Shown here in pieces: positions 1 through 11,500 of a stretch of DNA of 64,000 nucleotides. Source of the DNA: Paraspadella gotoi (taxonomy: Eukaryota > Animalia > Chaetognatha). The stretch lies in contig CM119269.1 of the NCBI GenBank assembly GCA_051294375.1, positions 17,346,265-17,410,264 on the forward strand. The letters are read 5' to 3'. The first letter of the stretch is position 1. Every line of letters starts with the position of its first letter. Below the pieces are notes generated by a model, which did not search any database, had not been told where the DNA came from, and saw only the letters and a list, made by a program, of their open reading frames with translations. Both the position numbers and the translations under genes were made by a program.

Positions 1-820
1 GGTGTGACTAAAACAAAAGTCAAAATGTAAACGGACTAAATCCTCCGTAAAACTAAAAGAAGCTAAACTGAAGTGAAGTGAAGATTAAGAATGAGAAATT
101 GGGTAACTTTAGTTTAGTAGTCTTTACTTAGATTCCTCCATAAATTTTTAAATTTGTCAGAACGTTTTTCTCTTTTTTTTCCATATTTTTTTGACAAGCT
201 AAACGTTTCTCTGATTACGCAAAATTTCATGAAAGAAATAAAAAAATAATTGTGTTATGACTTACGTCTCGAATAGATGGAAAAGAAACCTCGTTTAAAA
301 ATTCGATCAGGAAGTGGGGTAACTAAGGCTTACCAATGACATCCTCCACGCCGATCGTTCTCTTAAATAATATTATATATATATATAATATTTATATATA
401 TATTATATTTTATATATATTATATATATTTTATATATAATATTTTTAATACATTTGAAAAGGAATAAAAGAAAATTCGGAATGCAGGTTGCAGAAAGGGT
501 ACAGCTAATCTGGACAAACTGACATAATAATCATCACCTATTTGTCTTGTAAAATGGGGGTTTACTATTCGACATCTGTAACAACCTTAGCTACTACCAG
601 TCGGTGCTTTAATCCATTGAAATTCAATTTGAATTTTGTTTTCCCTCTACTCTAGCGTCGAGTCTCAGTTTACGAAATAATAATATTATAATAATAATAT
701 TATTAGTATACATTTTTTTGTTCAGTAATATGAATTTTATAATAAATAATAATTGTTTTAAATTGATTTTAACTGCTATTTTTTATGTTTGAGGTAGAAA
801 ATGAAAATGTTTATGTACGA

Positions 821-1014
821 GTTTTATAAAGAAACATAAATTTCAGCTTCAATGTAAGCTTTCATCAGCGAAAAAACAGATTTGTGAAACAAATATTTCT
901 CTCTTCAAACTACAAAATGTGTGAAAATATTTGTTTCACAAATCAATTTATGAGCTGATGAAGGTTTACAATGAAGCCGAAACAAGTCCGAAATTTATGT
1001 TTCTTAATAAAAAC
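821..1014. repeat. Imperfect inverted repeat (Penelope-like pseudo-LTR fold-back) containing hammerhead motifs
   Basis: Arms ~821-898 and ~924-1014 are imperfect reverse complements (gaaacataaatttc/gaaatttatgtttc; gatttgtgaaacaaatattt/aaatatttgtttcacaaatc). Confidence 0.75.
955..988 (+). ncRNA. Minimal type I hammerhead ribozyme core
   Basis: CTGATGA-A-[GGTTT acaatg AAGCC]-GAAA-C-AA-G-TC; very short stem III, as in Penelope-associated minimal hammerheads. Confidence 0.65.
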
Positions 1015-1291
1015 GGTTACCAATTGGGTTCAGGTTAGGGATTAAGGGTAGTTAGGATTAAGGGTGGTTAGGGATTGGTAATAAAAAGTTTTTTTATCCT
1101 TACAATATCCTTTTTTTATTTTTGCGTAGCGAGATTTATATAAATTGCTCATAAGAAGCGAAAAAAAAAAAACCGACCGCAAAATCCCGGTCGGCGAATG
1201 TAAAAGTGAGCCGAAAAATTAATAATGCTGTGCATATTAGTATTATTACAATTTAATGCTAAGAGAGTTTTTGATTTTTTTTAAATTAAAT

Positions 1292-1469
1292 ATTTAACAA
1301 AGTTTGGAAATGTTTTCGTCAACGATTTTTTATTAGTATACGGACATGTTTCGACTCTTCATTTCGAGTCTTCATCAGCAGTAATAAGAAGACTCGAAAT
1401 GAAGAGTCGAAACATGTCCGTATACTAATAAAAAATCGTTGACGAAAACATTTCCAAACTTTGTTAAAT
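1292..1469. repeat. Perfect 82-bp inverted repeat with 14-bp spacer
   Basis: 1292-1373 is the reverse complement of 1388-1469. Confidence 0.9.
1338..1384 (-). ncRNA. Minimal type I hammerhead ribozyme
   Basis: Minus strand reads tactg-CTGATGA-A-[GACTC gaaatgaa GAGTC]-GAAACATGTC-cgta; stem III is the palindrome ACATGT. Confidence 0.75.
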
Positions 1470-3443
1470 CTCTATACTCAACGAAGCCGAAAGGATTAAC
1501 ACAATGGTTAAATTAAATAAAAATAAATAAATAAATAAATTTTTTTTATTCAATTAAATCAAAATATTAATAATTTTAAAAATATGATTAATATTTGATT
1601 ATTATAATACTTTTAATAGAGTTAACAGTTTTAAATGTAAAATGTATAATAACTTTTCTATCATCTTATATTATAAGTTGTGAACTATGTAATTTAAGGT
1701 TTGTTTCTCTGCAACTAAATCTTTTCTACTTGTTGATCTGCATTACCCTAAGGTTATGTGACAAACAGCCTCGGGTTCTCGTGTCGAGAAGTTGACTCCA
1801 AAAACAGAGTGGCAACCCTGAAGGCCAATTGGACTTCGTGCATCCTCAAGCTCCACACGATTCATGCCCCGAAGGCGCCCCCTCTGTTAGACTATCAATG
1901 ACATCAAGAGTCTTAGTTAAAAAGTGTGAAGGCATTTCGGAATTGACATTTTTATGCATTATACATTTTTTCAAAAATATAGAAAATATCCGCACTGAGA
2001 ACTTTTTACCGAGGTAACCGTCTAATAATTTAATATGTAATGTTGAATTACAAGTTTAACTAAGGATTTTTTTTTAAAGTTAGGTTCAAAACGTCTTAGC
2101 GAAGTTATAGAATGCACTTTTAGTGCTCTGTCATGTTATGAAATCGCGTGCAGTCTGTCAAGGAACGTAGGCTTGAAAGCTTGACAATGTCTGCCTGTGT
2201 CTCTTTCGCCTTCCCCCTCTACTATATTAATTTTCAACAGGTCATTATGCTATCCACTGATTCCGGCCAGTCGGTTTCCTCATGAAATCTTTCTTCCGCC
2301 CGATCTTCCTTAATCCTCCCTCTTCCTTTTCTCGTTGAAAAAGGCTGGCCTTTTCCTCCGGTGGTTTTAGGGGTTCGATAGGAAATGACCCTTGCATTGC
2401 CCCTGGATCCGGCGAGGGGGAAGGGCCGGGCACGCGAGGATGGAGAAATCGACATCAAAGGCATGTTCCTCACCCCAATTATCAATTCTCTTTATTCGTT
2501 TATTTTTTGCATTTTTTTATATTTTGTGACGGCAGGAACCGTTTCGAGACTGCCTGTCGCCAATTGCTCTCATTCCGAAATGATGTCTTTTACCAAATTC
2601 TTTACGAATTGGATTGACTTGAATTGACTGTTTAAAAGATGGCTTTTTACCCAGAGTTCAGAACCATGACTAACAGGGCACGCGATAAAACGTCCGGCCG
2701 TGTTCATTCAGGCTTAACAATATTTTTCAAAGAATCGGAATTTTTAAAAGTATGCAGCGAAGCATCTTTCTATAATTTTTTTAAAACACTTTCAAAATTA
2801 AAAATTTTACTAATATAAATTATTATTAACATGAATTATGAAATTAATCCTACTTTTACGAACTTTTGAAATCGTTCAAATTACAAGAAATTATTTGTTT
2901 GCTCTGTTTTCTTTTCAGAAAAAAAAATTGCAAGAAAAGAACCTGAACTAAACGGCTGAAAATCCGATTTTAACTGACGCGTTAGGGTACAACGCGTTTT
3001 CTCGGAGTTTCTTCATTTCATGACGCCGAGGATCTTTTTCTATTAAAATCCCCCATTTCATTTTTTTTTTATCCAAATTTCCATTCAAATTCCTTTTTCT
3101 TTCTTTTCACCAAATATTTAAAAAAAATTATCCCTAGATTCAAGGAACTCAGACTGTGTTCGCGTCACGCGATGTCTCAATCAGGTCAAGCGCAAAGCCG
3201 GAATACCGTTATCGACAATGTCCATTGTCCAAATCTTGCCCGGAATTACTTACGTTTTTCGATTGATCCTGATACAACTAATTTGGCAATTTCCATACAA
3301 TTTGTAAGGATATTCCCAAATTAATTTAGTTATACAAGAAATCCCGTTTTTTAAGTCGCTTATTGAAATTAGCATGTTATTTTCTCGGCCGCTTAAAACT
3401 AAATCGCTTTGTTGCTGATCGCTTTTGTAATCCGGCATTTTGA

Positions 3444-3488
<45 letters not shown>

Positions 3489-3617
3489 CTTCGAGACTCT
3501 TGAAAAAAAAAGTCGAGAGTGAGTAAAGAAATATAGAGAGAGTCGAGAGAGTAAAGAAGTAATTTCCTTTTTGAATAAAGATAAGTTCCCAATGGAGAGA
3601 AGTGGGCGAGAGAAGTG

Positions 3618-3627
3618 GGCACGTGCC
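3618..3627. promoter_or_regulatory. Palindromic HES/Hairy-type bHLH repressor site GGCACGTGCC
   Basis: Fits GGCACGYGHY, 1.6 kb 3' of the achaete-scute gene; further matches at 2677-2686 and 6296-6305. Confidence 0.4.
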
Positions 3628-5266
3628 GAACATTTAAGCTTCAATTTTTTATCAGTGATATTTGTCTCATCGTGGACAGAATCACGCATCTTCACCTGCG
3701 TTCGGCGGAAGTATAAAGAGCTAGGAAAAGATCCTTTTTTTTTTGGGGGGGGGGTAAAAGACCTCGGCCTCGGGATGGTCTCAAAGAAGATAGAATTCCT
3801 CATTTCGTGTAAAATGTTAAATAAAAAATAAAAAATATTAAAATATTAAAATAGAAAAATAAAAAATAGTGAAACAAGTAATTTGCAAATTTTCATAAAA
3901 TACAGTTAAGCGGTGTTTGTTTACTACAAACTTTGTTACAAGTGAAATTATCTCAATGAATCAATTGACTTCTTTGCTTTTTTTATAAGGTCCAACAAAT
4001 TGTCTAATATCTATTTCGATAAACATTATAAATTAGACTTAAGTACTAAAAACCTGCTATATTTTTTTTATGTCCACGTGCCCTTCAGTCTTCAAAATTA
4101 AAAAAAAAACTGTCCGATCACTTCAGAGTTAAGAGAGCAGGTGATCTAGTATTTATGGACATAATTATTTTTTTTTTAGAAAATAGGGAAGTAAAAAACT
4201 CCGTTCTCTCCGTTTTCGAAAAAAAAATCATACGCTGATACTTAAGAAAGGATTTTTATGAAAATTAGTCTAGCAATTGCCAACCCGGTTGCATGCTGAG
4301 CTAAGTAAAATCGATGATGCAATTCATTCATCGACGTCTTGGCCGAGCTCGGCTTAGGATTATTGAAGAATGAAGATGCTGACCTCTGAAGACAATGCAA
4401 TCTCCTCACTTCTTGTTTTGTTTTTTGTTTTTTTTTTTTATATTATTTTTTTTTCTTTCTTTATTTCTTTCTTGTTTCTTTTCTTCCCTCCGGCGAAAAC
4501 CGATGATTCGATTTTTATTCCATTTTAGTTGTCTCTTTCGCTTTTCTCTATAGATAATCATGATAGCAATAGTTTGTTAAGAAAGATATATTATTAATTG
4601 TACAAAAGATAATCAACAAACATAGACACCATCAAAACTTGTACAACAAATAACTTCAACGTGGTAAAAACTAACGAATTCATTTTATTATTAGTGGCAT
4701 TTTAAAATTTTATATCGAAAATAAATAAATAATAATCATTAATTTGTAAAAACGTTCAAAATTTCAGGGATGTTTATAAGATTGTAACATTAAAATGTGC
4801 TAGTCGTTGTTGGTTGTCTGAATTTAATGTCTCATTTTGTAAGCGTAGATATATTCGCTTCTTCGAATCTCGAATATAAATTCATATTAATTATTATTTA
4901 GTAACTATTAACCTCGTCGTGCCTCGAAAATTACATTAAAAAATATTACTAGTTAGAACTAAGTGGACATCTACTGTAGGACAGTAAGATTTACAACGTC
5001 ACTGTTACCAAACTTCCATACCTAGGTTCAGTTGTCATTCAAATGGAAAATCCTTTGTTTGTTATAATTTTTTTCTATTAGACGAGTTTCGAATTTAATA
5101 TTAAAAATGAAATAAAATACAAAATTCGTACTTTATTCTCCAATAAATTAGTGTTCACATAATTCTTTCCAATTGGCATTCGTTAATAAAAGAAAATTGG
5201 GGAAAAATAAAAATTGTCATCACATATATGCAGGGCGTAAGGCGTAACAGCGTAACCACTAACTGT

Positions 5267-6307
5267 TCATTGAAACCAAGAAGTGAAATCGAGTAGCTCT
5301 TCCATGTTTCCGTTTTGCCAGGGCGCCATTTCTTCCATTTCGTTGTCCTCGAGCTGGAGAGAGTTCTCTTCTAAGTCTGAGGCGGTCGAGGAGAGCTGCG
5401 ACGGCGACGTCGACACCGTCGTCGATTCCGTCGACGCCATCGGAGTCTCCATCACCGCGACGGCCCCGTTTTCCGGCGCCATGCTCAGTCCTTCGGCCAG
5501 AGGAGGGAGATAGAAGGAATGCGGCGTCGTGCTGACGGGCGAGCTTGCCTGCGTCGGGATTTCGTCGACGTCCGGATCAGCCGCTTCGGACGAAGCGTCG
5601 ACGCGTTCGGCTTCCTCCGGCGCACCGAAGACGCGATCGTGATCCGCGATGATCTCTTTTAGGCGTTGAATGTATTCGACGGCGCAGCGGAGAGTGTCAA
5701 CCTGGGAGAAAAGTATATTTTATGTATATTTATATTTCATTTCTTGTTGCGTGTGTCTTTAACTCAATAGTGAATACTGAAAAGTGCAATTTAACAATTT
5801 TTCTGACTTTTGGTATCAACGAAGATTTCCATCATCTTCGCCCTCATCTCAAAACCCTTCGTAAAGACCCCGCCCAATCCACCCACCGGGGGCCCCAAGG
5901 GGAGTTCTTTCACCTCGCCACGAACGACAAAAAGTTATTCACTCCTTTTTAGTGTACAATGTGGTTCCGACGGTGCGACGAAACCAGTTTTGGAGAAATT
6001 TACGAATTCTGCGGGTACCTTCTTTATCTCTCTCTCTCTCTCTCTCTTTCTATATCAGGAATTCGGAATTAAAAAAACGGTTTTAATCCGTTTTCTCGTC
6101 TCGCGTTAAATGAAAAGGATTATCTCCGCTCCATCGATCTTGTCAACGCTCGTCACCTTTGCGATCGAACGGGGGAATTTCTTTTTCTGTCTCGATCTTT
6201 TGCGCCAAACGATTAAATTTGAAAAATTTTTATTTTGATTTCGAGTGAATAAAACTGGAATCGAGTTTGAACCGTTCGATAATAAAAATAATCGTGGCAC
6301 GCGCTAC

Positions 6308-6353
<46 letters not shown>

Positions 6354-7680
6354 CTCTCTCTTTCTCTCTCTCTCTTTCTAACTCACCTTACTCATTTTCT
6401 TTCCCGCTCTCCCGATGTGCGGGACTCGCTCTCTCAGCGTCGTGAATCCCAAGTTGACGAGTTTGACTCGATTTCTCTCTCGTTCGTTGCGACGCGAGAC
6501 GGCGGGGCGGGCGGCGGTCGCCGAGTGACGTCCCGGTGACGTCGAGGACGACGGATGACTCCCGACGTCGGACGGAACGCGACGTTTGCATCTGCGGATG
6601 AGAAGAATTGAGGGTTGACGAAAAAAGTTGGATAACCAAGTTGAATGACCAAACGAGTCCCGTTGCTTTTTTGTTTTACTAAGAAAGGGGGAGGAACTAT
6701 GTGGGAAGTCGAATGTACATTATTTTACATTATAAGTTTATTATATTAACTTAATTCTATTTCTAGAAATTCCTTTCAAATTCTCTTTATCTCTCTTTCT
6801 CTTTTCCTTCTTTCATATTTCACCTCAAAATCGTCGGCTTCTCTTCCATCTCTTCACCCTTTTCCCTCTTTGCGTCGATGAGGGCGCGACGAACGGTCTT
6901 GACGGCGCCCGACTTTCGATCGGTCATTTCCGGCGTCGACGACGACTCTTCTTCCTCGTTGTTGTTGTTATTGTTTTTATTGTTGTTGTAGTTGTCGATG
7001 CTGGAAGAGTCGATCGGCATCAAGAGTCCGAAGGTAGTTGGCGCAGTCGTCGCCGTCGTCTCCTGACGCGGAGTAAAGTCGAAACCGGCGTCCATGAGTC
7101 CCGATGCCGACGCCGGCGGCGAGATGGGCGTCGTCGTCGGGAGATAAAATGGTCCGAGGGTGTCGCCGAAGGACGCCGGTTCCTCGACCCCGCCAGAAAT
7201 TCGCGGCATTGGGTCGCTTGGGTGGCGCATGGGCGGAGGCGACGACGCCGGAGGGGTTATCGGCGTCGTCGGCACTGTCGACGCCCGCCGGGGATTCGGC
7301 GGCGTCGTTGGTGGATCGGGAAAGATTTGTCGCCGATTCGAAACGGCGGGAGGGCGAAAAGGAACTTGGTATGAAGAGGAGGATAGTGAGGACAAGGGGA
7401 AAAACGCCGCTGATGCTTGGAGATGCATTGGAGTGAGTTTAAAGTGTTGTTGCGGCGAAGAGGGTTGCGGGAGAGAATGCTGCAGGGGCAATAGTTTGAA
7501 GCGATGCTGCGGCGAAGAGGGTTGTTGCGGCGAATGCTGCAAGGGAGGAAGCCTTAAAGGCCTCTGGGGTGAAGAGAGTTGCTGCGAGGACTGATGGCGA
7601 AGCAGTTCGTCCTCGGAATTGTAGCAAAGTCCCGAGTAATCGAGAAAAGGGGGAGGGAGGGTTGGCATCGTTGTCGTCAT
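5267..7680 (-). CDS. ASCL: Proneural achaete-scute family (ASCa) bHLH transcription factor; exons 7680-6824, 6591-6387, 5701-5267 (~498 aa)
   Basis: Spliced translation with GT-AG, phase-consistent introns gives ILRCKRR...[28 protein letters not shown]...KKMSK|[14 protein letters not shown] and C-terminal [10 protein letters not shown], matching ASCL1-type motifs; AATAAA at 5137-5132. Confidence 0.95.
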
Positions 7681-8194
7681 TGTAGGTATGGAACTGAGGG
7701 AACGATTGAAAGAGAGAAGGGAGAGAGAAATTCAGAAAAGATGAGGGGAAACGTTTCCTTTTTTTTTTTCTTTTTCAACTGAAAGAAAAGTTTTTGTCTT
7801 TTTTTTTAGCGAGATCCGCACGAACCTTTTTTTTTCTCTATTCAATATTTGTGGATGTTTTTATTGTTTTTTTTTCCATTTTCGGATTTTGGTTCCGTCG
7901 GGATGCTGTATCTTGGTCTCGTGCCGTGTCGCGAACTCTGTCTCTGTCCGTCCCCCGGCTCGCTCTCCCCCTCGCTTTTAAAGGCCTCGGCGGAGCTTTC
8001 CGTCTCACCCCCGCCCGATCGGGAGGGGAAGACCCAAGGCCGACGGGGGATGACGACGACGACGACGACGACCAAAATGACGACGAAGGGTACGTCGTCG
8101 ATTCCAGATCCTCTTCTTTCTCTCCCCGCTCTTCCTCCTCCGGTTGACAGGAGCGCGCGTGGCATCGAGACGGACGAAGACGAGTGTCTACGTG

Positions 8195-8277
<83 letters not shown>

Positions 8278-8494
8278 ATATTTTCAAACTTGTTCTATCT
8301 TTTTCTTAATTTTTTCGATTCATTGTTCCTGGTTTCTATTCAATATTTTTTTCCTTTTTATTCTTGATATTTTTCTTTCTTTCTTTCTTTCTCGATCACT
8401 CGCAAGATGTGTCCTGATATCTCAGTACGGATTTTTAGATTTTTTGCTCCATTCGAATTTCTGTCCTTATCATATTTTGATGCGTGCGTCTGAT

Positions 8495-8532
<38 letters not shown>

Positions 8533-11500
8533 AGAACTCTCCGATTTACCTCCTTTGGTCGGCAGCCCCATTTTTTCTCCTTTTTCTCCCCACCACAATT
8601 CCAGAAAAGTGTTATCAATTCCCCCCAACACTTCACCACCTCGCATCCATTTTACCCCCAATTCATTCTACACGGGAGAGTCGTCGATCGGACAGTTTTA
8701 CGAGGTTCGAAAACGCAACCGGAAAGAAAAAATGGAAAAGAGTAAAAAAAAAAATGAGAAAGGAAAATTTTGAGATGAGATTAGATAGTAATTCGATTTT
8801 GACACGATGGAGGAGGAAGGAAAGAACGAAGGAAATAAAAGATTGAAAGAAGAAGCGAAAAACTTTTATTCGATCATTTCTCTCGCGTAGCTCCAACGCT
8901 GTCAGAAGAATGACGGTAGTAACGAGAACACCAGAGAATTTAAATACGTACTTCTTCAGGGCTTGTCTTTCGTAGGTCACGTGACTGCGACATGCGCAAC
9001 GGCGGGTCCAACCTCTCCAGGTTTTTGGCCGTCGCGCGCGACTCGATACTCCATTTTACGAGGTTTGTCTTTCGAATCGAGTCGTCTTTATCTCATTCTA
9101 TCACTTTTTATAGCTATCACTTTGATTGCGATCGATCGCTTATCGCTTTTTATCACTTTCATCAATTTTATAATGTTGCTTTTAAACAATAATAAATATT
9201 AGTTGAATATTAAATTTTATAAATACCGTATTTATATTTTTTTCCAACTCGAGTTATGTTTTATTGTTAGATTATCAATTATGGTAGTTATTTCCTTATT
9301 TACTACACTATGCAAATGCATTTTATGACTTTTATGTTTTTTATGACCTGAAATCAGTTGACGTGATATCACATCTTCAGTGATTTTTTACGATTGCCCT
9401 GAACGTGCGTGATTTGGATGAGCTGACACGTCCCTCTTTCGCGTCATCCCGTCATCGAGGACGTCATCGTCGATATTATCGTCATTATTGACGTCGTCGA
9501 CATCGAAATCTTTGAGTTCGTTTCAGTCGCCGTTGAAGTCTTCTTAGTTTGTTTTTTTTCTCTACATTTTAACCGTCACTGTTGTAATACTTGGTCTAAG
9601 TAGAATGTTGGTACTTTTAAACTTAAAAGCTGTCATAAAATCCATCAAATTTGTCGTCTTCGTTGTCGTCTTAATCAAACTCGTCAAAATCGTCGTCGCC
9701 ATTCGTCGTCGTTCTCATCGTCGTCGCTTCCTTTGTTCCACTCGGAGGAGGATTCCAGTTTTCCGTTTTTTTTTTCTTTGGCTCGCGATCGATTTCTTTT
9801 GAGAATCAAGTCTGTGACGTCGAAGTTTCAACGAGCTTTCATATTTATTATCGTAAACGATAAATTTCCTTTCACTGACTCACATTTATCGTTTTTCCAA
9901 GCGTAAGAGATGGTTATTTCATTTACATATTGCAGTATTAAATCTAAATGTGTCTATTTTCATTTTCATTCTGGTTAGGAATCTGAATAGAGAACTCAGC
10001 GGATTAAGGTATTTATCAAAGACTTTAAGGATGTTCGATACAGATTTGCCATTTATACGTATTATTTCAAAGCGTCTTTAAATTCTTTAGTTTATAAAAC
10101 ATAAAGAAAAACGCCTAACTTCAGGAGGTAAATAAGTAGACGAAAGACGTAAATTCGAATTTTGATATTCAAATTTACACCGTACATGTTCAGATACTTT
10201 CTAGAAAATTGTAGAAAAAAGGCTGCAAGAAATTATTACTTGTTAAAATATGATTTCAGGGATAACTAAGAATAGAACGTGACTGCTGACTGATTCCGGG
10301 ACGAAGTGAAAAAAACCGAGAGACAAACTCAATTGAAATAAGACGAGGTTCGTTTCGAAAAAAACTATTTGGCCTCGCCAGTGACGTGATCAGAGTCACG
10401 CCTCTGGACAAAGGCTCACTCTCTCTCTCTGTCTCTATCCCTAAGAGAGAGAGTTTCTATTATTTTTTTCAGGGGTGGGGGGGGGGAGTGTTGAACGAGG
10501 CGTAACTCAGCGTTTCTCGGGTTTTTTCTCTATTTCAATTCGATTTTTCTTCTTTAAAGAAAAAGAATCTAAGAAAAAAAAGAAAAAGAGGATCGAGACT
10601 TAATTCGAAGAGGGACGTTCCCTTTCCGCCCTTTCCTATTGTGACTAAGGGTTGTCCTGGATGTTGGACTCCGAATCGGGTCGCCCAGGATGCCCGCACC
10701 CTTGGCAACGTGGACGCCCGAAATCTTGGCGAAGTTGATTGCCCGTTGCTTAAGCCCTCGGAATAGAATACGACATATAGTATAATCGTTGGCGGATATC
10801 CTTCCCCCCCTCTTCCTCCCTCCCAACGAAACAAGAACGCCCTCGCTTGCGATGTCGTAAAGACTTTTTCGAAAATCGAATTCGGAGTAGATAAAAAAGT
10901 CGCTTCACCTTACCTTTACAACCGGCGCCGATCGGAGGCGGATATAGTCGCCATGGGAACGGCTTTCGAGCGGATTGAAGGTTTGGAGGCAGGATGAAAT
11001 ACATCGGATATTTTATTCGAACTGGAGACCTGAGCTGGGTTTGCGGGGTATGCCCCATATGTAATTATAGTGCCTCGTTCGAGAAAAAAATGTGTCCTTT
11101 GAATCCTCATTTTTTTGGGTCGGGGATTGTTTCGTAATTTGCGACGTGCGAGAGGAAAAAAAGGGGGAAAAAAAGGAGAAAGAGGAAGACTTTCTGAAAA
11201 AAAAAAAAGAAAAACGCGGGAAAATATCGCTGATAAGAAAAAAGTTAACAGGTGTTAATAATTGGACTTACTGAGAGGGATTGGCGATTAGGGGGTTGGA
11301 AAAAGCGGGCAGCCGAAAAGAATAGAATATATGGCGGGAAAAATGACCGCTTTCCTTGCTTTCGACTGACGACTGACAATTGGATATAACATTATCATCA
11401 CACTGCAACTAAATTTTATCGCTGATCTTTCCCGCGATTTACGTACATGCAAATTAGCCTCTCGGTTTCAAATCGGATGCGTTATAACGCGTCTCAAACA

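Noticed and set aside
5219-5224. K-box core TGTGAT in the ASCL 3' UTR
   Set aside because: A single 6-mer is expected by chance.
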